Positions 27,395 to 38,197 are shown, counted from the stretch's first letter. The stretch: DNA of 64,000 nucleotides from Myxococcales bacterium (GCA_047601445.1 JASGJH010000001.1:8224001-8288000), one strand, 5' to 3'. Numbers and translations are program-made. Notes: generated by a model not told the origin, from the letters alone.

Positions 27395-30300
27395 ATGCGC
27401 CACAAGGTTGCCTGCCTCATCGCTCGACCCGAATTGCAAGCCGCCGTCGCCGCGGCAGCCACGGACCAGTTCCAGCTCGAGGCGCAGTTCGTGGAGCATC
27501 AGCCGCTCGACCTGTTGGTGGTGGACGAGGGCGCGCTGCGCAGTCTCGAGCACAGCGTGCGGACCATGCGTGGGCGACGGGACCTCGTGGGTGTGCTCGT
27601 GCTGGCACAGCCCGACGAAGTGACGCGTTGGCTCTCGACGGGTGTTCCGCCCTTCGACGACTTCATCTCTCCCGAATGCTCGCCTGCCGAGCTCAACGTG
27701 CGCATTCGGCTCTGCCTTGCGTCGCAGGCACGCCGCGGAACCATCCCGGAGAGCGGGGTCATCGACACTCAACAGGTGAGTGAGTACGGCTTTCGCATCC
27801 TCGCCGACACGTCCCCGGACGTGGTGGCGCGCTACGGACCCGACCTGCGCTATCGCCACGTCAACGCGGCAGTCTGCGCTGCCACAGGGATGCCGGCCGA
27901 GTGGTTCGTCGGCAAGAGCCACGTGGAGGCCGGCTTCGACCCCGACCACGCTGCGTTCTGGGATGACGCCATCCGCAAGGGTTTCGAAACCGGAGAGCCT
28001 TCGCGCGTCGAGTACACGTTCAACACGCCGGGGGGGCCGCGTTGCTTCGAATCGCGACAGGCGCCCGAGCGCGGTCCGGATGGTCGCGTGACTTCCGTGC
28101 TGGTGGTGTCGCGCGATACCACGGATTGCGTGCAGACCGAGTCCGCCCTGCGCTTGAGCCAGGCGCGTTTGGGCGAGGCCATGGCGCTCGCGAACACCGG
28201 CATCTGGGACTTCGACCCGGACGCCAAGACCTCGACCTGGTCCACCGAGATGTTCCGCCTGTTCAACTACGAGTTGAGCGAGGGCGTGCCCAGCATGAAG
28301 GACATGCTCACGACCCGCGTGCATCCCGAGGATCGCAAGGCCGTGGCCGAGCTGCGCCACAAGGCCCTGGCCGACGAGACCGCTGCGCCCACGCGAACCA
28401 TCGAGTTTCGCGTGCTCTTGCCCGACGGCGCGCTGCGCTACCTCAACGCGCGGGCCCGCGCCTCGGTGGACCCACGCAGCGGACGAAAGCACGTGGTCGG
28501 CGCGGCCACCGATATCACGGAGCGCAAGTTCCGCGAGCTCGAGCAGGAGAGCGAGCGTAGCTTGCTCGAGAAGCTGGCGCGGGGTGCGAGCCTGTCCGAG
28601 TGCCTGGAGCACGTGGTGCGGACGCAGCAGGCGCTGTTCCCGGGCACGTTGTGCTCTGTCTCCGTCAATCAAGGGGACAACAGCATGGCGCTGGCTGCCG
28701 GGCTGACGGAGTTCCCGAAGATCCGTGCCGCCATGAAGAACTACCCCATCGGTCCCCAGACCAGCCCATGCGGTCAGGCCGCCCACTTCGGGAAACCCAT
28801 CCTGGCGCGAGACATCCAGACCGCGACTGCATGTCGTCGCTACCGCCCCATCGCGGTGGCGCTCGACATTCAGAGCTGCGTCACGATGCCCATCTTTTCC
28901 TCGCAGCGGCAGGTGCTCGGAACGGTCGCGATGTACTTCAAGCAGTCGCGCAGCCCGACTCCCGACGAGAATCGTTGCCTGGAGCGGGCGGCCAGCCTGG
29001 CGGGCCTCGCCATCGAGCGCGACCGCTATCACCGCGCTCTGGCCGAGAGTGAGGCGCTGCTGCGTACGGTGTTCGATAACTCCCCCATCGGGATCTACCT
29101 GTGCGACCAGCACGGCCAGGTCGTGTACATGAACCGGGCTGTCGACGGGATGCTGGGCATGGACCGTGCGCAGCTCCTGGGGCGCGGTTGGCTACGCTAC
29201 GTGCACCCGGACGACAAACACGGGGTCCTGGAGGGCCTGAACTGTTTGGTTCAGGGGCGCGTCCGCAGTGTCGACATGGCCTGGCGACAGACCACGCCGT
29301 CGGAAGACGTGAAGACGCTCCACGTGCATGCGAGCACCATCGAGGGGAGCGGCGGCAATCGCGGTTTCGTGGGCACCGTCGAGGACATCACCGCGCGCAT
29401 CAAGTTCGAGGAGCAGCTGCGCAATGGTCAGAAGATGGAAGCCGTCGGGCAGCTGGCGGGCGGCATCGCGCACGACTTCAACAACCTGCTTACCGTGATC
29501 CTGAACGGCGTGTCCTTGCTCGACACGCCGCGCTCGGCGAAGGATCGCAACCTGGTGCGTCAGATCGAGCTGGCCGCCGAGCGCGCCGCGGCCCTGACCA
29601 AGCAGCTCCTGGCCTTCGGACGAGGTCAACGCATGAGCACCCAGGTCGTCGACTTGAACGATCTGGTAAACAACTTGTGCGACATGCTGCGGCGATTGAT
29701 CGGCGAGCAAATCGCGCTCGAGGCCGAGCTCGCACCTCAGGGCGCGCCCGCGCAGGTGGACCCCAACATGATCGAGCAGGTCCTGCTCAACCTGGTGGTC
29801 AACGCGCGCGACGCCATGCCGCGCGGTGGGCGCATCACGCTGCGCCTGGGATCGGTGGCGGCCGATCATCCGATTCTCGCCGAGCATGGCGCGCGCAAGA
29901 CCGCGCACCTGTGCTTGAGCGTGACGGACACAGGCGAAGGCATCGCCAAGGAAAACCTGTCGCGGGTGTTCGAGCCCTTCTTCACCACCAAGGAGCCCGG
30001 CAAGGGCACTGGGCTCGGCCTGGCCACGGTCTACGCCATCGTGGAGCGGCACGGGGGCTTCATCGCCGTCGACAGCCGCGTGGGCGGCGGTACCGCGGTG
30101 GGCATCTACCTGCCGCGTGCGGTGAAGGCTGCGGCCCGCCTCGTGACGCCCCTGTCGGCGGCGCCCCGCGGGGACGAGACCATCCTGCTCACGGAGGACG
30201 AATCAGCGGTGCGCGACATGGTGCGCACGTCCCTGCAGAGCTGTGGCTATCGGGTGCTCGAGGCCGGCAACGGGGACGAGGCGCTCGCCATCTGGCGCGC

Positions 30301-30577
30301 CCGCAAAAACGAGATCTCGCTCTTGATCACGGACATGGTCATGCCTGGCAGCTTGCTGGGCGGGGAGCTCGCGCAGCGCTTGCGCGCGGACCGGCCGAAC
30401 CTGCGCGTGGTCTACATGAGCGGCTACGGCGGCCACGATTTGGCGCTCGACGGGCTGAGCCGCTTCGTGGCCAAGCCCTTCCAGGTCTCGACGCTGGCGC
30501 AGGTGGTGCGCGAGTGCTTCGACGCCCGGTTTCCCCTTTCCGAGCTGCAGAAACCGGCCGATACTTTGGGCCCATGA
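27395..30577 (+). CDS. Hybrid sensor kinase (PAS-PAS-GAF-PAS-HisKA-HATPase-REC)
   Basis: VHPEDR and VHPDD PAS motifs, GIAHDFNNLL, NARDAM, FFTTKEPGKGTGLGL, ITDMVMPG. Confidence 0.92.
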   Translation: MRHKVACLIARPELQAAVAAAATDQFQLEAQFVEHQPLDLLVVDEGALRSLEHSVRTMRGRRDLVGVLVLAQPDEVTRWLSTGVPPFDDFISPECSPAELNVRIRLCLASQARRGTIPESGVIDTQQVSEYGFRILADTSPDVVARYGPDLRYRHVNAAVCAATGMPAEWFVGKSHVEAGFDPDHAAFWDDAIRKGFETGEPSRVEYTFNTPGGPRCFESRQAPERGPDGRVTSVLVVSRDTTDCVQTESALRLSQARLGEAMALANTGIWDFDPDAKTSTWSTEMFRLFNYELSEGVPSMKDMLTTRVHPEDRKAVAELRHKALADETAAPTRTIEFRVLLPDGALRYLNARARASVDPRSGRKHVVGAATDITERKFRELEQESERSLLEKLARGASLSECLEHVVRTQQALFPGTLCSVSVNQGDNSMALAAGLTEFPKIRAAMKNYPIGPQTSPCGQAAHFGKPILARDIQTATACRRYRPIAVALDIQSCVTMPIFSSQRQVLGTVAMYFKQSRSPTPDENRCLERAASLAGLAIERDRYHRALAESEALLRTVFDNSPIGIYLCDQHGQVVYMNRAVDGMLGMDRAQLLGRGWLRYVHPDDKHGVLEGLNCLVQGRVRSVDMAWRQTTPSEDVKTLHVHASTIEGSGGNRGFVGTVEDITARIKFEEQLRNGQKMEAVGQLAGGIAHDFNNLLTVILNGVSLLDTPRSAKDRNLVRQIELAAERAAALTKQLLAFGRGQRMSTQVVDLNDLVNNLCDMLRRLIGEQIALEAELAPQGAPAQVDPNMIEQVLLNLVVNARDAMPRGGRITLRLGSVAADHPILAEHGARKTAHLCLSVTDTGEGIAKENLSRVFEPFFTTKEPGKGTGLGLATVYAIVERHGGFIAVDSRVGGGTAVGIYLPRAVKAAARLVTPLSAAPRGDETILLTEDESAVRDMVRTSLQSCGYRVLEAGNGDEALAIWRARKNEISLLITDMVMPGSLLGGELAQRLRADRPNLRVVYMSGYGGHDLALDGLSRFVAKPFQVSTLAQVVRECFDARFPLSELQKPADTLGP

Positions 30578-31437
30578 TCGTCGTCACCGGCACCAAGCGC
30601 TCGGGCACCTCCATGTGGATGCAGATCCTCAAAGCGGCGGGCTATCCGGTGCTCGGTGAGGCCTTCCCGCGCGACTGGGGAGACACGATCCGTGAGGCGA
30701 ACTCCGAAGGGTTCTACGAATCTCCGCTACGACAAGGCATCTACTACGCCACCAATCCGCACCCAGGCACGGGGGCTTTTCTGGCACCCCAGGAGACGCG
30801 GCGCATGGTGGTCAAAGTCTTCGCCAGCGGGCTCGCGCGCTCAGACCTCGCATACCTCGACAAGGTCGTCGCCAGCATGCGTCCTTTTCGCGAGTACGCG
30901 GCGTCGCTGCGGCGCCTGTACGCCATGGAGTATCAGGGCAAGCTCAGCAGCGCGGAGCGCGCCGGGAAATCACCCGACGTGGTGCCGCGCTACACCTACC
31001 TGCGTCCCGAGCTCGAGTGGTGGAACGACAACTTCACCTTGCTGCGGGACGCGCTGATCCGACGCTACCCGCTGCACATGGTGAGCTACGGCGCAGTGCT
31101 GCGTGATCCGAGCAGCGTGGTCGCGGAGGCTCTCGGATGGTTGGGACAGGGTGAGCGTGAGCCCGCGGTCGGCGTAGTGCGCGACTCCATGCGCACGCAG
31201 CACACGGAAAGCCTGGCCGAATCAGAGCCGAGCGGACTCAGCGCCGAGCAGGAGGCCGTGTTCGATGAGCTCTACCGGCGCGTGGATCAGCGCGAGCCCC
31301 TCGACGGTGATTTCATCGACCGGCTCAACTACACGCACGACGAGCTCGAGCCCCTGATCGCCGAGGCGGCGCACGCGGCGGTCAGCCAGCGTCGCGACGT
31401 GCGGCACGCGGCCCAGGAGCGCGTGAAAGAGAGCTAA
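30574..31437 (+). CDS. P-loop / sulfotransferase-like protein
   Basis: MIVVTGTKRSGTSMWMQ (PAPS-binding-like motif), NSEGFYE; ATGA overlap with the kinase stop. Confidence 0.7.
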   Translation: MIVVTGTKRSGTSMWMQILKAAGYPVLGEAFPRDWGDTIREANSEGFYESPLRQGIYYATNPHPGTGAFLAPQETRRMVVKVFASGLARSDLAYLDKVVASMRPFREYAASLRRLYAMEYQGKLSSAERAGKSPDVVPRYTYLRPELEWWNDNFTLLRDALIRRYPLHMVSYGAVLRDPSSVVAEALGWLGQGEREPAVGVVRDSMRTQHTESLAESEPSGLSAEQEAVFDELYRRVDQREPLDGDFIDRLNYTHDELEPLIAEAAHAAVSQRRDVRHAAQERVKES

Positions 31438-31441
31438 GCCG

Positions 31442-31996
31442 CTACCGCGGGATGCGTAGGCCGCGGTGTTTGCGCTGCTTCATGGCAGCCTTCGTGTTCG
31501 TGTTGCTCATGGAGCTGGAGTTGAAGCGCTCGTCGATGGGGCACAGCTCGAGCAGGGCCTCACCTTGGGCCTCGCACTTCATGGCCGGGTCGTCGGTGCA
31601 CGCGAGCTCGTTGGTGCATTCGATCGTATCGACCACGGCGTCCGTGCAGTCCGCGCCGTAGGTGCGCACGTAGTCCGCGAAGTAGCTATTGGAGTCGCTG
31701 ACGCACTTTTGCTGCGTACCGTAGTACTTGGCGAAGTCGTCGGGGTAGCACTCGGCGTACCACAGGCAGAACGCCTTCGAGACGCGGTCGAAGCGCTGGG
31801 TGCTCACGTCCACGCCCGCGCCGCTATCACCACGGTTCGGTGTCTTGCCGCCGTCGACACCGTCGCCGTCGCCCCCACCGGCGTCGTGGCGGTGCTTGTT
31901 CGTGGTGTCTTCGCTGCAGGCTGCGCCGCCCAGCAGGAGGACGGCGGCCGTCAGTCGCGGGATTCTCGACGTGGGCGTGGAGGCAGACGAACTCAT
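31442..31996 (-). CDS. Cys-rich lipoprotein
   Basis: GAAC lipobox, Gly/Asp linker, Cys-rich helical domain. Confidence 0.7.
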   Translation of the reverse strand: MSSSASTPTSRIPRLTAAVLLLGGAACSEDTTNKHRHDAGGGDGDGVDGGKTPNRGDSGAGVDVSTQRFDRVSKAFCLWYAECYPDDFAKYYGTQQKCVSDSNSYFADYVRTYGADCTDAVVDTIECTNELACTDDPAMKCEAQGEALLELCPIDERFNSSSMSNTNTKAAMKQRKHRGLRIPR

Positions 31997-32036
31997 CCGG
32001 GGACACTACACCAGCGCCCACTGGAATGCGACAGAC

Positions 32037-32903
32037 TCAGCGGGTCCGCGCCAACAGCGCGCGCAGGGCCGAGGTGAACTCGGGCTCGGCTTCGAGGTTG
32101 GCGATGTGGCCCGCGCCAGGCAGCACCTGCAGCGTCGCGCCGGGGATGCCATCTGCCAACGCGCGCGCCGCCGCGGGTGGGGTGATCGGATCGTGCTCCC
32201 CGATCACCACGGCTGTGGGGACGCTGACACGGGGCAGCAGCTCCGTGAGATCGGGGCGGGTCGCGAGGGCGACCATGCTGGCCGAGAGCACCTCGGGAGT
32301 CAGGGCCACGATCATGCGGCGCAGCTTTTCCACGACCTCGGGCGCACGCTCGTGGGTGGTGGGCGAGAGTTGGCGCTTGAGCTGCATTTCGGCGAAGGCC
32401 GCGACCCCTTCCTTCCACAACAGGCGTAGGCCCGCGGCCCGCGCCTCCTTGGAAGGATTGCTGTCGGCGGGGGCCTGAATGTTCGACAGGAGCAGCCCTC
32501 GCACGCGCTCTGGCGCACGCTGGTAGAGCCGCAGCGCGATGTAGCCGCCCATCGATAGGCCGCACAAAACGCAGCGCTCGATCCCACGCTGGTCGAGCAA
32601 GGCGAGGGCGTCGTCCACGAGGTGCTCGAGCATATAGGCCGCTGGCGCCGGGGCGCCCGGTGTGTGTCCGCGCACGTCCAGGCTCAGCAGCCGCGCCTCA
32701 CCCGCGAGGGCCTGCACTTGCGGCGACCACATCGTGCGCTGGTAGGGGTAAGCGTGCAGGAAGAGGACTGGCACCAACTCCACGTTCCCCTGATCGTCGA
32801 ATCGTCCGCTCAGCTCCGTCAGCTCTGGCACGGGGACCTCCTGTTCGTGTCGAGTGTACCCAGGGGCCCCACGGGTGCAGCCCGGCACCCGGGTGATAGG
32901 CAC
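32037..32903 (-). CDS. Alpha/beta hydrolase (PcaD-like)
   Basis: GLSMGG nucleophile elbow, GEHDPITP, GAGHIANLE. True start probably near 32830. Confidence 0.85.
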   Translation of the reverse strand: MPITRVPGCTRGAPGYTRHEQEVPVPELTELSGRFDDQGNVELVPVLFLHAYPYQRTMWSPQVQALAGEARLLSLDVRGHTPGAPAPAAYMLEHLVDDALALLDQRGIERCVLCGLSMGGYIALRLYQRAPERVRGLLLSNIQAPADSNPSKEARAAGLRLLWKEGVAAFAEMQLKRQLSPTTHERAPEVVEKLRRMIVALTPEVLSASMVALATRPDLTELLPRVSVPTAVVIGEHDPITPPAAARALADGIPGATLQVLPGAGHIANLEAEPEFTSALRALLARTR

Positions 32904-32935
32904 GTCACGATGCGCTGGGCTATGGTGGGCGCGCC

Positions 32936-33736
32936 ATGAATGACTCCACCCCCAAGCAGCGTCTGCGCCGCTACCTGATCGCCTCCCAGTTCAAGCCGGG
33001 CTTGTTCGGCATGATCACCAACCCGTTCTACTTCGCGCGCACTCGCCTGTTGTCGACGCTGGAGCGGGTGGCAGGCAAGGCGCGGGGGCGCATGCTGGAC
33101 GTGGGCTGCGGGCAAAAACCCTATCGGCATCTTTTTCGAGTCGACGAGTACGTGGGCCTGGAGATCGACACCCCGGAAAATCGCGCGAACAAGCAGGCGG
33201 ACTTCTTCTACGACGGACGCTCGTTCCCCTTTGCCGACGGGAGCTTCGACAGCGTGTTTGCGAGCCAGGTGTTCGAGCACGTGTTCAACCCCGAGGAGTT
33301 CTTGAGCGAGGTGGCCCGTGTGTTGCGACCCGGCGGCAGCTTGATCCTGACCCTGCCGTTCTTCTGGGACGAGCACGAACAACCCTACGACTTCGCGCGC
33401 TACTCGTCGTTCGGGCTCAGCCACTTGCTTTCGCGCCACGGCTTTCGTGTGGAGGAGCTGCACAAGAGCGGCGCCGATCTCTCGCCGGTGTTGCAGGCCT
33501 GGGGAATGTACGTGTTCAAGGCGCTCACTCCCAAGAACCCGTGGCTCAAGCTGGCGACGGCCGGTCTGATGACGGCGCCCCTCAACGTCGTGGGGAGTCT
33601 GTTGATCCCGCTGTTTCCAGAAAATCCTGACCTCTTTCTCGATTTGGTCGTGCGCGCGACGCGGCTCGAGACGGCACACGCGGGATCCGAGTTGGCTGAT
33701 AGTTCAGGACAGCTCCGTTCGCCTGTTCGAGGCTGA
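32936..33736 (+). CDS. Class I SAM-dependent methyltransferase
   Basis: LDVGCG, FPFADGSFD, VFEHV, RVLRPGG, HEQPYDFAR. Confidence 0.88.
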   Translation: MNDSTPKQRLRRYLIASQFKPGLFGMITNPFYFARTRLLSTLERVAGKARGRMLDVGCGQKPYRHLFRVDEYVGLEIDTPENRANKQADFFYDGRSFPFADGSFDSVFASQVFEHVFNPEEFLSEVARVLRPGGSLILTLPFFWDEHEQPYDFARYSSFGLSHLLSRHGFRVEELHKSGADLSPVLQAWGMYVFKALTPKNPWLKLATAGLMTAPLNVVGSLLIPLFPENPDLFLDLVVRATRLETAHAGSELADSSGQLRSPVRG

Positions 33737-33894
33737 TGCCTGGGCTGCGCCTGCGAAGGCTGTGGACCAAAGCTCGTGGGATGTTGCCGAGCTGACGCTT
33801 CCACTGCGGATCGTACGCCCGGCGTCTCGGTCGACGCGCTGGGAGCGGCTGTCACGGGTGGTTCCCCTGGTGCGCCGGTCGCAGTTCTGCTTGG

Positions 33895-34182
33895 ATGGCG
33901 GGGATGCACTCGGCGTTCCTCCGCGGTTGGTTCTTGCTGGCGCTCGGTCTGGGTTGGTCTGTGGGCCCCTCGGCTGCGGAGGCCAGGCCCCCCATCGTGC
34001 CCGAGGCCATGGTCCGGGCCTGCAAAGCCCTGAGCGACGGCTCAGCGTGTCAGTTCGAGCTCAGCGGCAAGCACCTCACCGGAACCTGCGAACCCCTGCC
34101 CGACAAGGAGTTGGCGTGTCGCCCTGGTCCCGGCAAGAAGCGCCCGCGTACCCGCCCCAAGACGTCCGCCACCCCCGAGTAG
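33895..34182 (+). CDS. Small secreted Cys-containing protein
   Basis: Signal peptide followed by PEAMVRACKALSDGSACQF...GTC...LACRP. Confidence 0.6.
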   Translation: MAGMHSAFLRGWFLLALGLGWSVGPSAAEARPPIVPEAMVRACKALSDGSACQFELSGKHLTGTCEPLPDKELACRPGPGKKRPRTRPKTSATPE

Positions 34183-34312
34183 CCGCGCCCCGAGTCGTCG
34201 AGCTCGCGTTCTGTTGCTTTGTGCGAGGCGCGTACAACTCCTGGCTTCGGGCGCGCGCGACGCGCCCGAAGCGCGGCTCGATGCAGCACGCGCGCAGCCA
34301 AGGGGGAACGAT

Positions 34313-35350
34313 ATGGCACGCAACGAAGCGAACATGGAGACCACCTCGATCTCCGGGATCCTGATCCCATGCAGTCGGATCGGCCTCGGAACCTGGGCCA
34401 TGGGGGGCTTTCAATGGGGCGGCACCGATGACGACGAATCCGTGCGCACCATCCACGCCGCGCTCGATCAGGGCATCAACTTGATCGACACCGCGCCGGC
34501 CTACGGCTTCGGGCACTCCGAAGAAGTGGTCGGTCGGGCCATCGCGGCGCGCGGTCAACGAGACCGCGTGGTGATCGCCACCAAGGTGGGGCTCGAGAAG
34601 GTGGACGATAGCCTCTTCCGTAACTCCACGCGTGAGCAGATCTTCGAGGAGGTGGAGCTCTCGCTGCGGCGCCTGCGCACGGACTACATCGACTTGTACC
34701 AAGTGCACTGGCCCGACTTCGGTACGCCTTACGAGACCACTGCTCAGGCCCTGCTCGATCTCAAGAAGGCGGGAAAAATACGCGCGATCGGTGTCTCCAA
34801 CTACTCCGTCGAGGCCATGGAGCGCTTCGCCGCCGTGGCACCGCTGGCGTCCGCTCAGCCTCCGCTCAACCTGTTCGAGCGCGAGATGGCCAACGCCATC
34901 CTACCCTGGTGTCGTGAGCAGCGCGTCGGCGTGCTCACCTACGGCGCGCTGTGCCGCGGTTTGTTGGGAGGTGCCATCGACGAGTCCACGCGCTTCGAGG
35001 GGGACGACCTGCGCAAGACCGATCCCAAGTTCCAGGCGCCGCGCTTTGCTCAGTATCTACAGGCGGTGAGGCTCCTCGACCGCTATGCCCACGAGCGATA
35101 TCAGAAGGGCGTGCTCGCGCTGGCCGTGCGCTGGGTGCTCGACCAGCCCGGCGTCTCGGTGGCCTTGTGGGGACCGCGCCATCCCGCTGATCTGGAGCCG
35201 CTCGCGGACACCATGAACTGGAGGCTCGACGACGAGGCGCTCAGCTACGTCGACGAGGTGATCAACCACAGCGTCAGCTCTCCGGTCGGCGCTGAGTTCA
35301 TGGCCCCGCCAGAGCGCAAGCCTGGCGAGTCCCATGCCCGCCCCCACTGA
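34313..35350 (+). CDS. Aldo/keto reductase (general stress protein YhdN-like)
   Basis: IGLGTWAMGG, DTAPAYGFGHSE, IATKVG, LYQVHWPD, IGVSN, GAEFMAPP. Confidence 0.9.
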   Translation: MARNEANMETTSISGILIPCSRIGLGTWAMGGFQWGGTDDDESVRTIHAALDQGINLIDTAPAYGFGHSEEVVGRAIAARGQRDRVVIATKVGLEKVDDSLFRNSTREQIFEEVELSLRRLRTDYIDLYQVHWPDFGTPYETTAQALLDLKKAGKIRAIGVSNYSVEAMERFAAVAPLASAQPPLNLFEREMANAILPWCREQRVGVLTYGALCRGLLGGAIDESTRFEGDDLRKTDPKFQAPRFAQYLQAVRLLDRYAHERYQKGVLALAVRWVLDQPGVSVALWGPRHPADLEPLADTMNWRLDDEALSYVDEVINHSVSSPVGAEFMAPPERKPGESHARPH

Positions 35351-35389
35351 GTTCACAATCGGGCGACTCGCGGTTGGAGCCTCACGCGC

Positions 35390-37234
35390 TCACAGCGCGC
35401 TACCTCCGTCGGCATCGTCGAGCGAGAATGCTGCCTGGATGAGCGCGAGATGGCTGAAGGCCTGGGGGAAGTTGCCGAGCTGACGCTTCTCCTTGGGATC
35501 GTACTCTTCTGCGAGCAGTCCCACGTCGTTGCACAGCGCGGCCAGCTTCGAGAACAACGCCTCGGCCTCCTTGCGACGCCCGATACGGCAGTAGGCCTGC
35601 ACCAACCAGAACGAACAGGCCAGGAACGCGCCCTCGCGACCGCGCAAGCCGTCGTTGCCATCCTTGGGCCGATAGCGCAGCAGCAGCCCGTCCTCCATCA
35701 AATCCTTGGCCACCGCGTCCACGGTGCCGATGCAGCGGGGATCATCGGGCGGAAGGAAGCCCGTCAAGGGCACGAACAGTAGGCTCGCATCGAGATCCTG
35801 CGAGCCGTAGTACTGGGTGAAGGTGTTGCGTCCCTTGTCGAAGCCCTTCTCGCAGACCTCGGCGTGGATCTCTTTCTGGACCGCGTGCCAGCGCGCAGTG
35901 GGTGCGTCTAGCCCGAAGGCGCGCGCCGCGCGGATGCAGCACTCGAGCGCGTGCCAGGCGGAAACCTTGGAGGCCGTGAAGGGGCGGTCGGGCCCGCGCA
36001 TCTCCCACAACCCACGATCCATGCGCGTCCAGTTCAACGACACGTAGTTGCCCACGGAGATGAACGCGCGCTCCATCTGGGGATCCACTTTGCCCCTCAG
36101 GCGAGCGGTCCAGTACAGCCCGAGCGCTACCTCGCCCATCACATCCAGCTGAAATTGGGTGTAAGCCCCATTGCCCGTGCGGACTGGCAGGGAGTCGCCG
36201 TAACCGGGCAACCAGTCCAGGCTCAGCTCCGTGAGGCGCCGTTCGCCGCGCAGGCCGTACATGATCTGAAACTGGCTGGGGTCGCCCGCCACCGCGCGTC
36301 GCATCCAGGCGCCGAGCCGCAGCCCTTCTTCATTGTGCCTGGCGCACTGCAAGGCGAGCACGCTCAAGGACGCATCGCGCAGCCAGCAGAAGCGGTAGTC
36401 CCAGTTGCGCTCCCCGCCCATCTCTTCGGGCAAGGAGGTCGTGGGGGCGGCGACGATGCCGCCGGTGGGCTCGAAGGTGCACGCCTTGAGCGTGATGAAG
36501 GAGCGCATCAGCAGATCGCGGTGTTGCTCGGGCACCTGCAGCTTGGAGGTCCACTGACGCCAGAACTTCACCGTCTCTCGCTCGGAGCGCGCGGCGGAGC
36601 CCGGCTTGGGCTCGTGCTCGTAGGCGCCCGCATGGCTCAGCATGAACGACACCCGGTCTCCCTCTTCCACCTCGAAGTCCACGAAGGTGGCCGGCGCATG
36701 CTCGTCGAGATCGCTCTCCAGATAGAGCGCATCGGGTCCCGCGTAGATGGCCGTATGCGTGTCCCTGGCCTCCACCAGCGGCACCACCTGGCCATATCCG
36801 AAGCGCACCACCGCGCGTGAACACATCGGCACGCGGCCCTTGATGCACTCCACGATGCGGACGAGTACGTTGTGTTCGCCCGGCGGCATGAAGTCCGAGA
36901 TCCGCACGACTCCGCTCTCGGTCGTCCACTCGGTGTCCAGGATCAGGCTGTCGCCCCGGTAGCTGCGCTTGGTCTCGAGCACGGGCAGGCGCGGAAAGAT
37001 CTTCCAGCACCCATGGTCCTCCGTGCCCAGCAGCGCCGCGAAGCAAGCGTCCGAGTCGAAGTTGGGAAAGCAGAGCCAATCCACCGTGCCATCCAGCGTA
37101 ATCAGCGCAGCCGTGCGCAAGTTGCCGACCAAGGCGTGATCCTCGATGCGCGGCGTCAGAAAGCCCACCGACGCGGCGTCGATCATCGACGGACTCGTGC
37201 GTATTGGTTGCGCGCTGCTCGCTTGGTTCAACAT
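35390..37234 (-). CDS. Glycoside hydrolase family 15 (trehalase/glucoamylase-like)
   Basis: AAPTTSLPE, NWDYRFCWLRD, QLDVMGE, GLWEMRG, EGAFLACSFW, GNFPQAFSH. Confidence 0.92.
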   Translation of the reverse strand: MLNQASSAQPIRTSPSMIDAASVGFLTPRIEDHALVGNLRTAALITLDGTVDWLCFPNFDSDACFAALLGTEDHGCWKIFPRLPVLETKRSYRGDSLILDTEWTTESGVVRISDFMPPGEHNVLVRIVECIKGRVPMCSRAVVRFGYGQVVPLVEARDTHTAIYAGPDALYLESDLDEHAPATFVDFEVEEGDRVSFMLSHAGAYEHEPKPGSAARSERETVKFWRQWTSKLQVPEQHRDLLMRSFITLKACTFEPTGGIVAAPTTSLPEEMGGERNWDYRFCWLRDASLSVLALQCARHNEEGLRLGAWMRRAVAGDPSQFQIMYGLRGERRLTELSLDWLPGYGDSLPVRTGNGAYTQFQLDVMGEVALGLYWTARLRGKVDPQMERAFISVGNYVSLNWTRMDRGLWEMRGPDRPFTASKVSAWHALECCIRAARAFGLDAPTARWHAVQKEIHAEVCEKGFDKGRNTFTQYYGSQDLDASLLFVPLTGFLPPDDPRCIGTVDAVAKDLMEDGLLLRYRPKDGNDGLRGREGAFLACSFWLVQAYCRIGRRKEAEALFSKLAALCNDVGLLAEEYDPKEKRQLGNFPQAFSHLALIQAAFSLDDADGGSAL

Positions 37235-37354
37235 GAGAATCCTCCGGACTGGTCTGCGCAGAGGAACGTAGACACCGAGCGAAAGGTGCTCGTGGGAGCG
37301 GCGCTCTCCAAAAGGAGGCGCTTTGGCGCGCATGGTGAGCGGTCCCGTGATCGT

Positions 37355-38197
37355 TCACCTTGGCGAGATTGGGGTTGAGCCCGTGTCCTTGGCAGCAGTT
37401 GAACCGGGGCTCGCTGCCATCACGTCTCGCAAGTGCGCCTTGTAGGTTCGGCCGGCCCACAGGAGCTGGCGCGCTGCGCGCAGATCGTCGGGCGGATTCG
37501 CGACGAGGGTGAGTTGGTCGCCGAGCAACGTGATGAACGCGACGGCGTCCAGCCCTCCCTGGGCGGCGTCGTCCTGGGTTCGTCGAAAGGCCTCGTTCAT
37601 GGCCGCATCACTGGCGCCGACGCGCCGCCACACGCGCGTTTCGCTCGGGTTCTCCTCGCGTAGGTCGCGCTGCACGTCGGACCAGACGGCCACTTGCCGG
37701 AAGCCGCGCCCGAACGACCCCTGGCAAATGGTGAGGGCCATCCAGCTTCGATCGGGCCAACCGAGGCGGCTGCGCAGCGGGGCACTGGAGAAGATCTTCG
37801 GCAACGCGATCGACTCGCCGACCTCGGTCATCTCGACTCCTTCCAGCCGCGCTAGTTGGTCGAAGAGATCGTGGGTTCGGATCGAGGTCCCGAAAGCGTG
37901 CAGGTTGCCCAGCGTCAGAACGAGGCCCCAGCCAACGGGCAACAACAGCAAGAGGTAGAACAACCTCAAGCTGGGCGGAACGCCTCCGATGAAGAAGGCG
38001 CCCAAGGGCACGATGAAAGCCGTTGCCGGGACGAGGCTCGCGTCCTGCAGGAACCGCAGCCACGAGCGATGCACGGGCACGAGCGCCAGCGTGGGCCCCG
38101 CACCGAGCTTGGCCCAGCGACGCTTGCCGACGAGAAAGAGTCCCCAGAGCGTGATCACGCACACGCCGGTCACTCGGAGGAGAAGGTCGTGCTCCAC
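37355..38197 (-). CDS. Hypothetical membrane protein
   Basis: GAGGTG RBS before GTG; about three TM segments followed by a soluble domain. Confidence 0.55.
   Translation of the reverse strand: MEHDLLLRVTGVCVITLWGLFLVGKRRWAKLGAGPTLALVPVHRSWLRFLQDASLVPATAFIVPLGAFFIGGVPPSLRLFYLLLLLPVGWGLVLTLGNLHAFGTSIRTHDLFDQLARLEGVEMTEVGESIALPKIFSSAPLRSRLGWPDRSWMALTICQGSFGRGFRQVAVWSDVQRDLREENPSETRVWRRVGASDAAMNEAFRRTQDDAAQGGLDAVAFITLLGDQLTLVANPPDDLRAARQLLWAGRTYKAHLRDVMAASPGSTAAKDTGSTPISPR

Noticed and set aside
29101..30573. N-terminal ~490 aa of ORF 29101..31437
   Set aside because: Arg/Gly-rich off-frame overlap with the kinase; the real gene starts at ATG 30574.
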